From Malacoraja senta (Eukaryota), in assembly GCA_038087875.1 (NCBI GenBank), contig CM075989.1:13642001-13702000 (forward strand): a stretch of 60,000 bases of DNA. The letters run 5' to 3'. Shown piece after piece: positions 22,840 through 35,694 of the stretch. The notes under the pieces were generated by a model that did no database searches, was not told where the DNA came from, and saw only the letters and a list, made by a program, of their open reading frames with translations. A program made the position numbers and the translations under genes. The stretch's first letter is position 1, and each line of letters opens with the position of its first letter.

Positions 22840-23660
22840 TGGTCAGGCCCGGTGAGGGGACGAGTCAGGCCGGGCCTATCTTTGGGCCTGGCCGCCCTCA
22901 GCCGTTGCCACCGGCGCCTGGGCCTTTCCGTGACGTCACGGGGGACGCGCAGTTGGCTCTGACGTCGCGCCGCTGCCTCCGGGTGACGTCAGGGGGGAAG
23001 GTGACGTCGCGCCGCTGCCTCCGGGTGACGTCAGGGCGATGCGGCTGCCGGCCGAGCCGGCCCATGGACGCCGAGCGGATGGACAGCCTGGACGGCTGGG
23101 TGTCGGTGAAGAGCGGTCTGTTCGCGGAGACACAGCGCCCCCGCCTGCGCTTCCTGGCGGCCTGGAACGAGGTGGAGGGAAAGTTCGCCGTCACCTGTCA
23201 CAACCGGCGGCAGCTGCAGGCGCGGGCCGCCGAGCCCGAGCCCGAGGCCGAAGCCCCGGCTCCGAGCAGCTGGGCTGCGCTCTACTCCCCGCAGGAGCTC
23301 TGCTGCATCCACCGGGTGCTGGCGGCCAGCTGCGCCGCCCTGGAGCCCTGCTTCCCCGCGCTGCCCGAGCTTAGGCCCCGGGGTCTGTGGGGCCTGTTGT
23401 TCCCGGGCAGCTCTCTGGCCGAGGGCTCCGAGCCCGGCCCCGACCTGGACTCCGTCTGCCGCCAGCTCGAACTCTACCTGGACGCCGCCATCGAGCTCTG
23501 CGGACAACGCATCGCCCTGGATACTCTCTTCCCCGAGGGCGAGGTCGAGGATTACTTCGAGAGTGTGAGCGAGCTCCGCGGCCGCAGCCTGGAGCAGCGG
23601 GTGGCCGGCGGACGGGAGGCGCTCAGGAAGGTGCGTGAGGTGGTAACTTGGCGGTGGACG
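22840..23660 (+). promoter_or_regulatory. CpG island / WHAMM promoter with clustered CRE (TGACGTCA) sites
   Basis: Very GC- and CpG-rich; TGACGTCA at 22931, 22984 and 23026; TGACGTCG at 22960 and 23002; directly upstream of ATG 23064. Confidence 0.75.
23064..23630 (+). CDS. WHAMM: WHAMM exon 1
   Basis: cccATGG start; MDAERMDSLDGWVSVK...GGREALRK|gtgcgt. Confidence 0.9.
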
Positions 23661-26600
23661 GGTTCAGGTCTTTCAGGTTCCCCTATGATCTGTGTTTCTA
23701 TTTTCTTGCAATCGCAGTTCAGGAACTGATTCTTAGTTCTCAGCACGGAGGGGCCGAAGGTGAAGGCGTATACCTACCGGTTACAAAGTGCACACCGATT
23801 AGGGGCAGCGGAGTAAGGGATGGAACTAGCGTGCTGTCAGATGGGAATTTGATCCACAAGAATGGCTGACTTGTGCTCTGGCTATAGGGCTATTTACAGT
23901 GTGCGGCGCAACTTCACCGTGCGTCAATCGAGATTTGCAAACCAAGGTTATTGACATGTCTGTCCTTCATAATCCTGGTATTCGCCTGACCCTACCCCAA
24001 CACAGATGTACATGTTTGGCTTTGTTGTTTAATTATCTACTTCAATAAGTGCAATTGTTGATGCGATGTCAAGCTAAAAAGTTCTCAAATGGCTGGGAAG
24101 CGCTGACTAGGACAGTAAACCGCGGAGAGAGTGGTTCCTGCAGAAAACTTGTTGGAGGAGGAGAGTGTTGAAAAGAAGTTGCAGTTAGTGGAAATGACAA
24201 AGGATGATGTGCTGGGAGCAAAGTCTAGTAGGATAAAAGGACCTGGGGATCTCTATCTCAGTTCTGTCTGGGGAGGGAGGGGATAAAACCGCATGTGCAG
24301 AAAATCAGTTTGAAGGCTGGCAGAGGGGAAGCCATGATTCCACAGCATGAGAACGACATTTCAGAAGCCCTGGCATCTGGAAAGCCCTTGAACTGGAGAA
24401 ACTAAGGCAAAGGAATGGCACCTGTGTAAGAGACTGTGGGAGGAAGTGTGGACAAGTTAGTAGTGGTAGTTTATAGGTCTGTAGTAGATATTGTTGAATA
24501 AATTTTCTCCTGAAATGGAAACGGATCCAGAAAATGAAAAGTGTCAGAAATGTTCCAGGGAATTTGAGGGCATGGTGGAAGTTGGTGGAAATAGTGGTAA
24601 AAATGCCAAGTTCTGCACGAATGCAGAAAGCTGTAGCAACGCAGCTATCAAAGTAGCAGAGAATGAGTTGGAGAGTGGTGCCAGAATAGGTTTGCAACAA
24701 AGGAGGAATCAAAAGCAAAAGTTGCTGAGGGCGAAACAAGTTCTGCCAGGTGAGTGAGAGTTGGCATCGGGGAATTGGTTGTGTCTTTGTTCCAGAATGA
24801 AACCGAATCCTAAGGCCTTCCTGATCGGGGATGGTGCTTGGGACTGGACATCCGTGATGAAGATGAGGCAGTTGGGACCAGGGAATTGAAAATTGTCAAA
24901 ATAGTGGAGGGCAGGAGAGGTGTAGGTGGGAAGGGACTGGACATTGGGGGACTGGATAGAGGCAAGTCACGAAGAGAGAGGTTCGGCAAGGCAAGAGCAG
25001 GCAGAAACAATGAGCCCACCAGGATAGACCTGTTTGTGGATGGTCTACTATGTTGATTAGAATTCAGTGTTGTACTGAAACAAAGTTGGTGAGAGGTTCA
25101 ACTGTTTTTAGTGTGGGTCTTCAGTTGGGATGTTGTCTGACCCTGTGGTCCTTTGCTGTGTCCAGTACTCCCAGCTTTGTCTTGATATCATTGGAGTAAA
25201 TTGAATAGGGTACAGACTGGCATCTGTGATAATGAGGTTATCTCGAGGACCATCACAGTTTAGTCAATGATGGTGCTGATAGGCCATAGCTGAAGAAGAA
25301 CATGGTTTCCCACCTCTTTAATCTTTCATCTGAATACTGTCCAACATGGAGGAGCACTGATACATCAGCTGAGGGAGGATGGTCTAGTGTTGTCAGGAGT
25401 TTCCTGACCCGAAGACTACTTCTAAACCACCGTCATGCATGGGGCATCTGTTCTGCTGGTGCTACAGTGTGCACAGGATTTGTGAATGTCCGTAAAGTAT
25501 TCTGCGAGTACAACTATTGTCGGGCTGTTGCTGTTCTGTGGACTTGTCCACCCAGCCTCTTAAGGGATACCCACAAATGCTCTCTTCTCTGGGCTGCGTG
25601 TATGTGTTATTTTTATAATGTAATTATTCTGTGAAGGCTCTGGCCTTGGGTTGTGTTAAGGGGCCAATTGTCAGCTGCTGATTTTGCTAGGATGACTTTC
25701 TGTTTTCCAGATCTTGAACCAACACATTCAAGCTAAGAATCTGGTAACCCTTAAAAGGTTCTACCTGGAGGAAGATGAAGCCTATCAGGAGCTGGTCACT
25801 GCCGCCACGCAATTCTACCAGTGTTTACTGCAGCCTTTCCGGGATATGCGAGAGTTTGCCTCGCTGTGTAAACAGGAGGCATTGGTAATTCATGCAGTTG
25901 CTGTTTATTTCTTAGGGATGCTGCACTTTAACTAATAGTTTTAATTAGAAGCAACAGTCAGCCGTTAAGCAGTAGCTTTAGCAGTAAAGGGACATGGTTT
26001 GGGTTGCAGTACAATCAAAGGCTACAAATCTCTGCTGGCTGTAATCAGCTTGGTCAGCCAGTGCCTGCTCTTGAGAATCTCTGAAGCCACAGTCACTGGT
26101 GGAGGAGGAATTGCATCACAGTGGTACAGCTGGTTGTGGTCTTCAGTAGATTATGTGGGCCCTGATTTAGGACTATCTGTTGCTGACTGCCCACAATGGA
26201 TTTGGTTCAATTTCTTTCAGATTTTGAAGGATATTAATAATTTGTAAAATTCATTATTTTGAGTGCTTGTGCTCAGCTCAGGATGGGAACACATGTGAGA
26301 CTAATGAAGTGTTCCTTCTGAGGGCCACAAGGGGGCAAGTTTATTATGTAATTTGTGTTGTGAGAGTTCACCCTGGGTCAAACCAAAAGTACATTTTTGA
26401 GTGCTTCCATGCTTGACCATAACATATATACACAGTCGGGAGATCAGTTGCCTTCATCCAATATGACTTTCTGATCTAACTTGACTGAAGCTGCCGGAAG
26501 GGGGAGTGGACGCTGGCGCGTATTAGCAGCCGCTGCTCTCTCTTCCATACTGTGTTTTTGATTTTTGTGTTCGGATTGAATTCTGTTTTTAATTTGTGTA

Positions 26601-29600
26601 CTTGTGATGTCTTTACTATTTATTTCATTCCGTTTACATGTTTCTTCTGTAAAATCTGTAAGGTGTCCTTGAGATTTGAAAGGTGCCCATAAATAAAATG
26701 TATTATTATTATTATTATTATTATTATTACTTCCGATATTTGCAGAAATCATTGGAGTTTGACACTCTGGGTCCAAGGAGAATTCAGAGTCTGCAGAAAG
26801 AAGTGGAAGAATGGTCCCGGCGCATGCAAGATGCAGTCTGCTCAATCCAGGACATAACAGTGGATTATTTCCGTGAGACGGTGAAAGCGCTGGCAGGTAA
26901 TTTAGACTGGAGCAAAGGTGAACTGACAGCTACAGTTGCCAGGGTTTTCATTACTAGAGCATAAAGAGGGTTGAATTTTAGAGAACCAGACCAAACTACA
27001 GGTGGAGTGAGCCTGTCTCAGTCCCATTGTGCTGAGGTTGCAAGTGAAGAGGTCATTGCTCACAGAAATATGGGGCATGTGATGCACGCTGGAACAATAA
27101 TTTGGAGATCCTTGTACCTATAAAGAAATAGTTGGATTGTGTTTTATGCATCTGTGTTGTGATCTGAAACAGTCAGCCCATCTGTAGTTATTTAAGAATC
27201 GAAAAATGAGTGGGTTGTTTTGGGCTCTGATAGTCGAGTTATGGAAGCCCAGTAACGAGAACCTAAAATGCAAGCTGAGTTAAGGAGCTCACATAGGAGT
27301 AATGGACTCTTGGACTATCTACATTGTGATTTCCTTATTCATGGGGTCTTGTGTAGGGGGTCTACTCACTTTGTGACCTATCTAAGCAAGGTATCTTAAT
27401 TGTTCATAGAAAATAGCAAAGTATAACACAGGAACAGGTCCTTCGCCACAATGTCTGTGCTGAACATGATACAAGATAAAAAAATCTCATCTGCCCACAC
27501 ATGATCCATATCTCTCCATTCCATGCATATCCATGTTCCTTTCTAAAAGCCTCTTAAATGGCACAATATTTTCTGCCTCCACCACCACACCTAGCAGCAA
27601 GTTCCAGAAACCCATCCCTCTCTGTGTAAAGATTACTTGCCCCACACATCATCTTTAAACTTTGCCCCTCTCACCTTTAAGCTCTGCCCTGATCAAGTCG
27701 ATTTGATCCAAGGAAACATAGATTTGTAAGTTGCACACTGATACAGCTAGCTAATGTTTCTCATGATTTTTTATTCTGCAGCCATGCAGAAACGGATGGA
27801 AGAAGATCGAACTCACTTTGGCAAAGCTGCCTGGGCCAGTGTGGCACCCAGACAGGAGAAATTGAGGTTCATGTTTGCAAAGGAAACTTTACAATACACC
27901 CGGGCAAAAGAGCTGTGCTTGAAGCGCAAGAAAACGCAGATTCAGTACAAGGTAACATGCCTGCAGTCCTGCTTAAAAACTACTCTCTGCAGCTTGCCAA
28001 ATACTTCAGTAAAACTCTCTTTGAACTTAGATGGAGCATCTTGACACCAGGAAAGCAGTGGCGATGGTGGATGAGTTAGAAATGCAGTATTATGAAACGC
28101 AGCTGGAGTTGTACAACATTCAGCTTGAAACGTTAAAATATGAGGAGCTGCTGGTTGTCGCTCAGCTGGACACCATTCGACGTGAAGCCAGGGGTAAGTG
28201 GCTGTTCATCATTCCCATCTGTACTGCAGTGAATTGGGTTGGTTTATTCCAGCCAGCCCATTCATTCACCTGTTAAAATTTGTAGATATTCCTGAGGTAA
28301 GGGTTACCACTAGTATTGAGAGTTGGAAACAAAGAGCCAGTGGCTGATGCAGTGAAGAATGTTGTGCAGGCCAGAAGGGTATGCCTACCTAAGGTGCTCC
28401 ACCGTCCATGGCAATCTCTTTACGCACAAATACTTGCGGTATAGCTAGGCTTAAACAGGAAATCTGCCATTTGTTGTGTGCTCAGCAACATTCATTCAGT
28501 ATTGCTTGATGGACAATCAAGTCAGAAAACCGGCAGTTGCTTGGATCTAAAGTAGTGTCAACTATAGAATAAGGCAAGTGTTCATCATCTCATCTGAAGA
28601 GTGGTTAATGAGTGAGTATCCGCCAATGCTTTGGTGGCTGTGGTTATCACCAGAGGAAGAGTGAGGCTTGCTACTTAGGGGCACTAACTCTGGTCAAACC
28701 CCTTATCAAATAGTATAATTTAGATTTGGATTCTTTTGAAAATTCACCATGACCCCTCTCCTCACACATGGATTGACAGCAAAACCAGCGGCCTGATTTT
28801 TCTTTTGGGTTGTGGTTCCAGTGCCAGGCAAATGAGGCATTGATGCATGGTTCAGATCCCACTAATGCAAGGCCAATAAATCAGGATTTCTTCCTTTAAG
28901 CAGAGGTTTACTTGAGACGAAGGCACGTTGAGCCAAATGCACCTTAGCAAGGATTCACCTTTATATTTAATTCTTAATTTGTTAATGATGAAGCTCCAGT
29001 CATAGAAATCATACAATCTAATCCTACCCCTCCCCAAATCCCATCATGCTTTCAGCACCTAAACAATGTTTGGCTCATTCGTGAGTTGCATACCTGTCAG
29101 AAATTCTTATGTCGCTGTTCCTACTTACTCCAGGAAGTTTGCTTCACAGTAAGAGCCAATTGCTCTGCTGGCTTTGAGGTTGACTGTCCATCACGAAACA
29201 CTGAATGAAGAACGAGTCACCAGCATTGTTGCTGGGCAAACAACAAATGCCTGATTTCCAGTTTAAGCCTTGCTATACCTCACACAGCTCTGTGCGATGA
29301 AATTGCCAAGAAGCACGTTATGCAGAGGCTCCTTGTCCTTTCAATCCACAACTGTGCCAAGCCAGGGGGAAGTGGACCGAAACATTAACTAAAACAATCC
29401 AAAGACAGGTTGTATTGTCATGGATAGTGTTGCAGTACAGAGAGAGCTGGGGTTACAGACCCATAGTTCCCTGCAAGTGGCAACACGGATAGACAGGGTG
29501 GTAAAAAAGGCATTTGGCTTGCTTGCCTTCATTGGTCAGTGCATTGAGTATCAGAGTTGGGACCTTTTGAGGCGACCATACAGATATTGGTGAGACCACA

Positions 29601-32600
29601 TTTGGAATATTATGTGCGATTCTGGTCACCCATATATTAAAAGGATGTCATTAAGCAGAAAGGGTTGCAGGAAAGATTTGCAAGAATGTTACTGGGACTG
29701 GGGGGCTTGAGTTATTAGCAGAGGCTTGATAGCCTGGGAATTTTCCCTGGAGCATAAGAGGTTGAAGGGTGGCCTTATTGAGGTTTATAAAATCATAAAG
29801 GACATAGATAAAGTGGATGTGAAGTCTAAAGCAGGAGGGCATAGGTTTAAAGTGAGAGGGGAAAGATTTAAATGGAACACAGGGAACATGGAATGAGTTG
29901 GCAGTGGAAGCTGTAGAAGTGAATACAATTGTGATATTTAAAAGACATTTGCACACATATGTAGAGGAAAGATTAGAGCGATATATGCCAATAACAAACA
30001 GTTGGGAATAGCTCGGATAGACATCTTGGTCAGCATGGAGAGTTAGGCTGAAGGGACTGTTTCCAAGCTTTCTAACTCAACAATAGCAGGCCAGAGGACA
30101 CAACATGTGGTTACTTCCTAAAGGAGGGAGAAACACAAGAATAGTTTCTTCCAAAATAATAAGAAGCTAAATTACATTTGATTGGAATACTCCCTTATAT
30201 TTTTGCCATCTAATGAGGGCTTTATTTGTAACTCTAGAGAAAGAGGAAGAAGTGGTTTACTATGATGCCTGTGAAGACCCTGAGCAGCTTCGGGCCAATG
30301 AAGGGATGGGCCTGGTACATGACCGTCGCTCGGTAGACATTAAGATGTTGTTGCACAAAGTTCACCAGCTGGAGAATAAACGAGGTGCCATTTGCTCACG
30401 GCGATCGTACCTGAGGAATAAGAGGGTAATTGCTGAAACCTTCATTGCTCTGCAGGGTGGCGATTGCTTTCCCCTCTTGCATTTTGATTTGAAGGACCTC
30501 AATGCAACTATTTTCTCATGTAAATTGGATAACATTAATATGAATGCACCCACTGAACAAACCTTGTGAAAATATTATTTTTTTGCATTCAATTGTTTCA
30601 AGCTTTAGGTGAGCTGCTTGTGATCAATTCTCTCTTCATGCAGGCCAAAGTGATTCAAGGGTTTCCTCTTTGTTTTCTTGGTGTTAAGATTTTTTGGCTC
30701 CAGTTGCTTTATCAGCAGTTGGAGCAGAACATCATCTTCACTGTTAAGATTGTGCTGATGGGGTGATAACATGTTGTCTCTCTTGCCTGGAACAATGTTG
30801 GTGGTGGCACACGAACTTGGGCCTGTTGGTGATGAGGGCACGCAGACGGGTTATTAAGCAATGCAGTACTAAGTATCTTATTCATTGCCTCCACATTTGC
30901 AGTTGACTTCCAGAGAAGGATTCACAGTGATGGTTTCATGGATAAGTGCCAAAGAAACTGGGTGTAAACTGACTCAATGCCAGCTATCTAAAATGTAGTC
31001 TCTTGAGATGTTTTGTTGGATTTATTTTGACAACTGGGTGTAAATAGCTGAATCTGCACAATTCCAGTAAGCCATCATTGTCAAGGCTTAGGGGACCGGT
31101 GGAACCTGCTGAGGTCTATGTATAAAATAGACACAAAATGCTGGAATGACTCAGTGGGTCAGGCAGCATCTCTGGGGAAAATGGATAGGTGACATTTCGG
31201 GTCGGGACCCTTCTTCCGACTGAGGTCAATGTATATTTGGATCAAGATTCTCTATATCTCTCTGTGTCACCATTCAGCTGCTAAGGTATAGATGTGGGGA
31301 TGGTTGAATTAAACAGTTTTAACGTCGCTCGTGTTCAAAATGAAATAGCATTCTGTAATAGGGTTCAAAGGCTTATACAACCTTGGGATATTCTCATTTA
31401 CCTGCTTCACATACAATTCCTGCTGAACCAGTTAATTTGGGCTGTCTTCACTAGAGGATCCCTGATGGGGGGGGGGGCCTAATCATTGTCTGCCATTTCC
31501 AAGCATAGGACCTAACTGCATCTTCTCTTCACCAGGAGGAGTGTAAAGAAACACAAAGAGCTAAGCAGCAGCAGTTGCAAGGAGAGGAAGCTAATTTCCG
31601 ACAACACCATAGCATTCAGCTGGTAAGTGATTACAAATTGCAACTTGATTGATGTCTACAAGTAGATTGTTTGTTAACACACTGTATGAAATTATGTTTA
31701 CACAGAAACATGACCAGAATAAAGAAGAAAACATAAGGAGACGGGAGTGGGTAAACATGGAGAGGCAAAAGACTTTGCAAAGGCTGCGTAGTTTTAAAGA
31801 GGTAGAGATCGATTTCAACCCACTTGAGGGTGAAAGCCCATCTTCTAGCCCCCACGATACTAGCACCACAACTGTTCCATTACAGCTTGTCCTGAATTTT
31901 TTTGTGTGCATTTGGATTTAGTGACAGAGTCTATATTTATGCATTTTTTTAACAAGCAAGTTTTTTTATTCCAGAAATCCTCAGGACAGATTGCATTTAA
32001 ACCTCGTTGTCAAACTTCCAGAGTGCAGAACCAAGACACAGCAGCACCGCACTCTGCCAGCAAAAAGCAACCCAGAGCCTCCAAGTCTTCCAGCAATGTT
32101 CCAGTGCACATCTTCCTCCCGTCAGGTGCTGTAATATCTTCAGGAGAGGCAGACACAAGAGCAATCTCTTCAGTGACGCTTCCACCACCACCGCCCCCAC
32201 CACCACCACCACCGCCCCCACCACCTCCTCTTCCTCCGGTTCTCCTGAGCAGCAAGGGCACATCAGAAGGCATGAAAAAACAGCCACTCATCTTCACCAG
32301 TGAAAATTCAGCAAAGAAATCCCTAAAGGAAAATATAGGTAAGAATCCCACCTCTATCCTCCGCCATACCAGTTATAAAAGTTTTATGGTCCTTAACAAT
32401 AGATGTTTTTAAAGTCCATCCTTTAGGTTGCATATCATTGTAACTTTTGAGCAATTCACTGGTGTAGTAAGATTGTGAGTGACCATTCCTCAACCCTTCC
32501 CCCTCCAGGATCCATGGACGATGTGCTGGCTTCACTAAAGCGTGGCGAAGTGTTGCTTAAGAAGGTTGATCGGATTAAGGTGCTGTCTGCAGAGAAGCCT

Positions 32601-32807
32601 GTGGGTTTGCGAGAAAATTTGTTAGCTGAGATTCGCCGAGGTGTCCCATTGCGAAAGGTCCAAGAAGGCCCTGTCCAACCCTTGAACAATGACCCAACCA
32701 CCGAGTTAGAGCGCAGCATCAAAGCAGCCATGAAACGGATGAAGACGGTGTCTCCGGAATCTGAAGATGAAGATGAAGATGCACAGGCTGAGGAATGGGA
32801 CAGCTGA
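23064..32807 (+). CDS. WHAMM: WASP homolog-associated protein with actin, membranes and microtubules, spliced gene span (10 exons, 752 aa)
   Basis: Exons 23064-23630, 25711-25884, 26746-26896, 27782-27951, 28031-28193, 30238-30425, 31536-31622, 31706-31801, 31975-32338 and 32509-32807 join in frame (2259 nt). WHAMM/JMY N-terminal motif (DSLDGWVSVK, AWNEVEGKFAVTCHNR), coiled coils, polyproline, two WH2, acidic Trp C-terminus (EEWDS*). Lies between FSD2 and HOMER2. Confidence 0.93.
24100..25250 (-). mobile_element. Decayed Penelope-like reverse transcriptase remnant
   Basis: Minus-strand frameshifted motifs LIFITDVQS, IPDQEGL, LEQRHNQFP and LTHLAELV resemble PLE RT. Confidence 0.6.
25711..25884 (+). 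CDS. WHAMM: WHAMM exon 2
   Basis: ttccag|ILNQHIQAKNLVTLKRFYLEEDEAYQELV...LQPFRDMREFASLCKQEAL|gtaatt. Confidence 0.9.
26488..26729 (+). mobile_element. Retroposon 3' end with (TAT)n tail (L2-type tail)
   Basis: GTAAGGTGTCCTTGAG...GAAAGGTGCCCATAAATAAAATG followed by about 10 TAT repeats. Confidence 0.6.
26746..26896 (+). CDS. WHAMM: WHAMM exon 3
   Basis: ttgcag|KSLEFDTLGPRRIQSLQKEVEEWSRRMQDAVCSIQDITVDYFRETVKALA|gtaatt. Confidence 0.9.
27782..27951 (+). CDS. WHAMM: WHAMM exon 4
   Basis: ctgcag|(A)MQKRMEEDRTHFGKAAWASVAPRQEKLRFMFAKETLQYTRAKELCLKRKKTQIQYK|gtaaca. Confidence 0.9.
28031..28193 (+). CDS. WHAMM: WHAMM exon 5
   Basis: acttag|MEHLDTRKAVAMVDELEMQYYETQLELYNIQLETLKYEELLVVAQLDTIRREAR|gtaagt. 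Confidence 0.9.
29380..30080 (+). mobile_element. Old CR1 LINE 3' fragment
   Basis: Decayed RPHLEYYVRFWSP coding and GGCTGAAGGGACTGTTTCC tail. Confidence 0.75.
30238..30425 (+). CDS. WHAMM: WHAMM exon 6
   Basis: ctctag|(E)KEEEVVYYDACEDPEQL...LENKRGAICSRRSYLRNKR|gtaatt. Confidence 0.9.
31536..31622 (+). CDS. WHAMM: WHAMM exon 7
   Basis: caccag|EECKETQRAKQQQLQGEEANFRQHHSIQL|gtaagt. Confidence 0.85.
31706..31801 (+). CDS. WHAMM: WHAMM exon 8
   Basis: acacag|KHDQNKEENIRRREWVNMERQKTLQRLRSFKE|gtagag. Confidence 0.88.
31975..32338 (+). CDS. WHAMM: WHAMM exon 9 (polyproline)
   Basis: ttccag|KSSGQIAFKP...long poly-Pro run...KENI G|gtaaga. Confidence 0.88.
32509..32807 (+). CDS. WHAMM: WHAMM exon 10 (WH2-WH2-C-A)
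   Basis: ctccag|(G)SMDDVLASLKRGEVLLKKV...ENLLAEIRRGVPLRKV...ELERSIKAAMKRMK...EEWDS*. Confidence 0.92.
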
Positions 32808-33474
32808 CCTAGGCTGTTGCCTGGTACTTGTTGCAAATAACTCCATCTGCAACTTTGGATCTAGCCCATCTGAAATGGCTGATAGGATAATGCAGTTGTA
32901 GCAAAATAGAAATGGAAGTTTAGCAGATGACGCACCCAACCAGTTTTGATGCTGAAGGATCCAATTGGTGAGCTCTTCTACCACAAAACCTCACAACATT
33001 CAGTGTCACGTGAAGGTTGGAAAATGACCATCCAAAAGTACCCATGGTGCTTAATCGCAGTCAACCGGCAGTCAGACAATTCTGGCATAAAGAAAAATCA
33101 ATATTCAGTCATTTGAATTGTGCCTTTACATTATCAGATCTCGCCCTACTGCATACTAGCACAATATACACACTTGTGATGTGTGGACACTGCGTACATG
33201 CGCCTCTTCAAACATGTTTTAATCTTTTGTGCAGACTCTTCCTTTAGGCTGTTTTCCTTGCTCCCCATTCAATTCTTGCTGAGCTGCCTTGGTTCTGATT
33301 TGAAGCCTGATTATCCCTATTGCACTGAAGAGAATATTTTAAGAACCAAGATCTTGTATTATCACTGTGCCAACAGAGTTCATTTTTACAGTTCCTTTCA
33401 TGTATTTTGATTTCAGGTCCAGTGATTGAGGACAGGGTAGGGAAGTGCAGGTGAAGGGAGATGTCCACAATGGT

Positions 33475-33475
<1 letters not shown>

Positions 33476-33508
<33 letters not shown>

Positions 33509-34565
33509 TCTTTTATTGTCATTGCACGTCAGTGCAATGAGATTTAGTATGCAGCTCCACCGATGTACAAGAAAAGTAAAATAAATAAATAAGCAAGCAA
33601 GCTGAGTGACGTGACCATCCGAGGGAGACTGTCCAGGAGGGGTGGGTGGGGGGGCACTCAGCAGGGCCGGTTCAGAGCCGCTATAGCTCTTGGAATAAAG
33701 CTGTTTCTGAGTCTGGAGGTTCGGGCGTAGAAGGCCTTGTAACGTCTGCCGGAGGGAAGTAGTTCAAACAGTCCGTTACAAAGGTGTGATGAGTCCTTCT
33801 GGATGCTGACGGCCTTCCTGAGGCACCGTGTGTGGTAGATGCCCTCCAAGGCTGGTAGCTCTGTCCCAATGATCCTCTGTGGACGACGCGCTGAAGAGCT
33901 CTCCTCTCCGCCTCTGTGCAGCTGAGATACCACACAGAGATGCCATACGTTAATATGCTCTCTGTGGTGCAGCGGTAGAACGTTGTCAGCAGCTTTTTTA
34001 ATGTCCTCAGGAAGAACAGTCGTTGCTGTGCCTTCTTGACCAGCGCAGCGGTGTTGGTGGACCATGTGAGGTCCTCTGAAATGTGAGTGCCCAGAAACTT
34101 AAAGCTGGACACTCTCTCCACACTTTCTTCGTAAATGGAGATTGGGGCGTATTCTCCATTATGGGACCTCCTGAAGTCAATAATCAGCTCCTTGGTCTTG
34201 GAGGTGTTTAGTGACAAGTTGTTATGAGCGCACCAGTCCGCCAGGTTCTGCACCTCCGCTCTGTATTTTGTTTCATCACAGTTGGTGATCAGCCCAGTCA
34301 CTGTTGTGTCGTCTGCAAACTTCACGATGGTGTTGGTGTCGAATGCAGGGACACAGTCGTGAGTGAAGAGGGAGTAGAGCATGGGACTTAGTACACAGCC
34401 CTGTGGTGTGCCGGTGCTCAGGGTGATAGTGGAGGACAGGTGCGGGCCCAGTCTCACTGCCTGCGGTCGCTCCGTCAGAAAGTTCAGGATCCAATCGCAT
34501 ATCGGCGAGCTGAGGCCTAGTTTGGTGGTGAGCTTGGTGGGGATGACCGTATTGAATGCAGAGCA
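33476..34565 (-). mobile_element. Rex1/Babar-type LINE, 5'-truncated, with RT domain
   Basis: ORF 33681-34457: [22 protein letters not shown]...IVKFADDTT...FKFLGTHI; 3' AATAAA plus (TAT)n tail. Confidence 0.88.
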
Positions 34566-35694
34566 TTAAATGGTGATGCAGGCTGGCGGCACAGTATGAT
34601 GTTGCGTGGTAGTAGAAATATTGGAGAAGGAATGTCACTTCAAACATGGGAGGCAGGATGTGGAAAGAACAAAGGCTTTTATTTTTCATCTTTGAAGCCC
34701 GAGCCAGTACATTTTTTGGGGGAAAACATGTGTAGTTGTGATGTGTGAAATGCATCCGCCAAGTTGTTTATGACGAGATCCTGCTAACGGCAACCTGTCA
34801 ATGCCCCAATCAATCACGTTCTGTGAGAGGCTCCAGGGCAACCCTCCGGCTATTGGAATAGTGATAAAGGGCAATTTAAATGCAGCTCACCTAAGGTGAG
34901 GGTTGGGTTTGATGTTGGCGAGGGATCACATCCACCAGTACAGCACTCCCTACGTGCTGCATGCGGTGACTTTAAGTGACAGCATCACTTTTCTAAGGCA
35001 CTGGGATGTGATTATGGTGAGATTTAAACACAAGATTGAGGATTTTATATTTGTACTGGGGCATTAGGCTAGTGCCAGTTAGTGAGGAGAAATGGCGATA
35101 CCAGGAGGCAGAACAGCAGTGTTTCAGCCGATGAAAGTTAACTTGATGGAAACAGTTGCCTCTGCTGCCCACTGTGAGCTGGGGTTCTACGGAATGCATG
35201 CATATCTGGAAAGAGAATAATTGATTGAAAACTGGAAAGGGGCTGATTGGATTTAATACAGCACAAGATGCTTGAGCAATGAACTGTTGACGTTGTACTT
35301 GCAATGGGAGCAGTCCCGCTCTGGGTTTGATGAGGACCAGGACACCAGAGTGTGATTCTGGGGTTTAAAGGGAACCTTCCCAAGCAGAGGCAACCTTTTC
35401 AGTGCTGCTGTTTAACGTTTTTCGTTTCAGTCTCTTGTTGGATGACGGCTGTGTATTTGATTGTAATGCCCTCCATAGTTGAATAGGGATGCCAATATTG
35501 TTTGGACATGAGAAAGGTGGTTAGTAGGAGGAACTGAAAACCCATTTAAAACGATTCATTTGATTGAGAATTGCACAATAGCTGAGGGAGAATTGACTAA
35601 TATTGCATTGTGCTTTTCACTCTTTGCTGCAGAATTATTCCTCCCAGAATGTTGATGTGAATAAACCATTGCTAATCCTGGTAACTAAATGGAG

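Noticed and set aside
22824..23063. N-terminal extension of the 301-aa ORF ahead of WHAMM
   Set aside because: Non-ATG start running through the CRE repeat; family similarity begins at ATG 23064.
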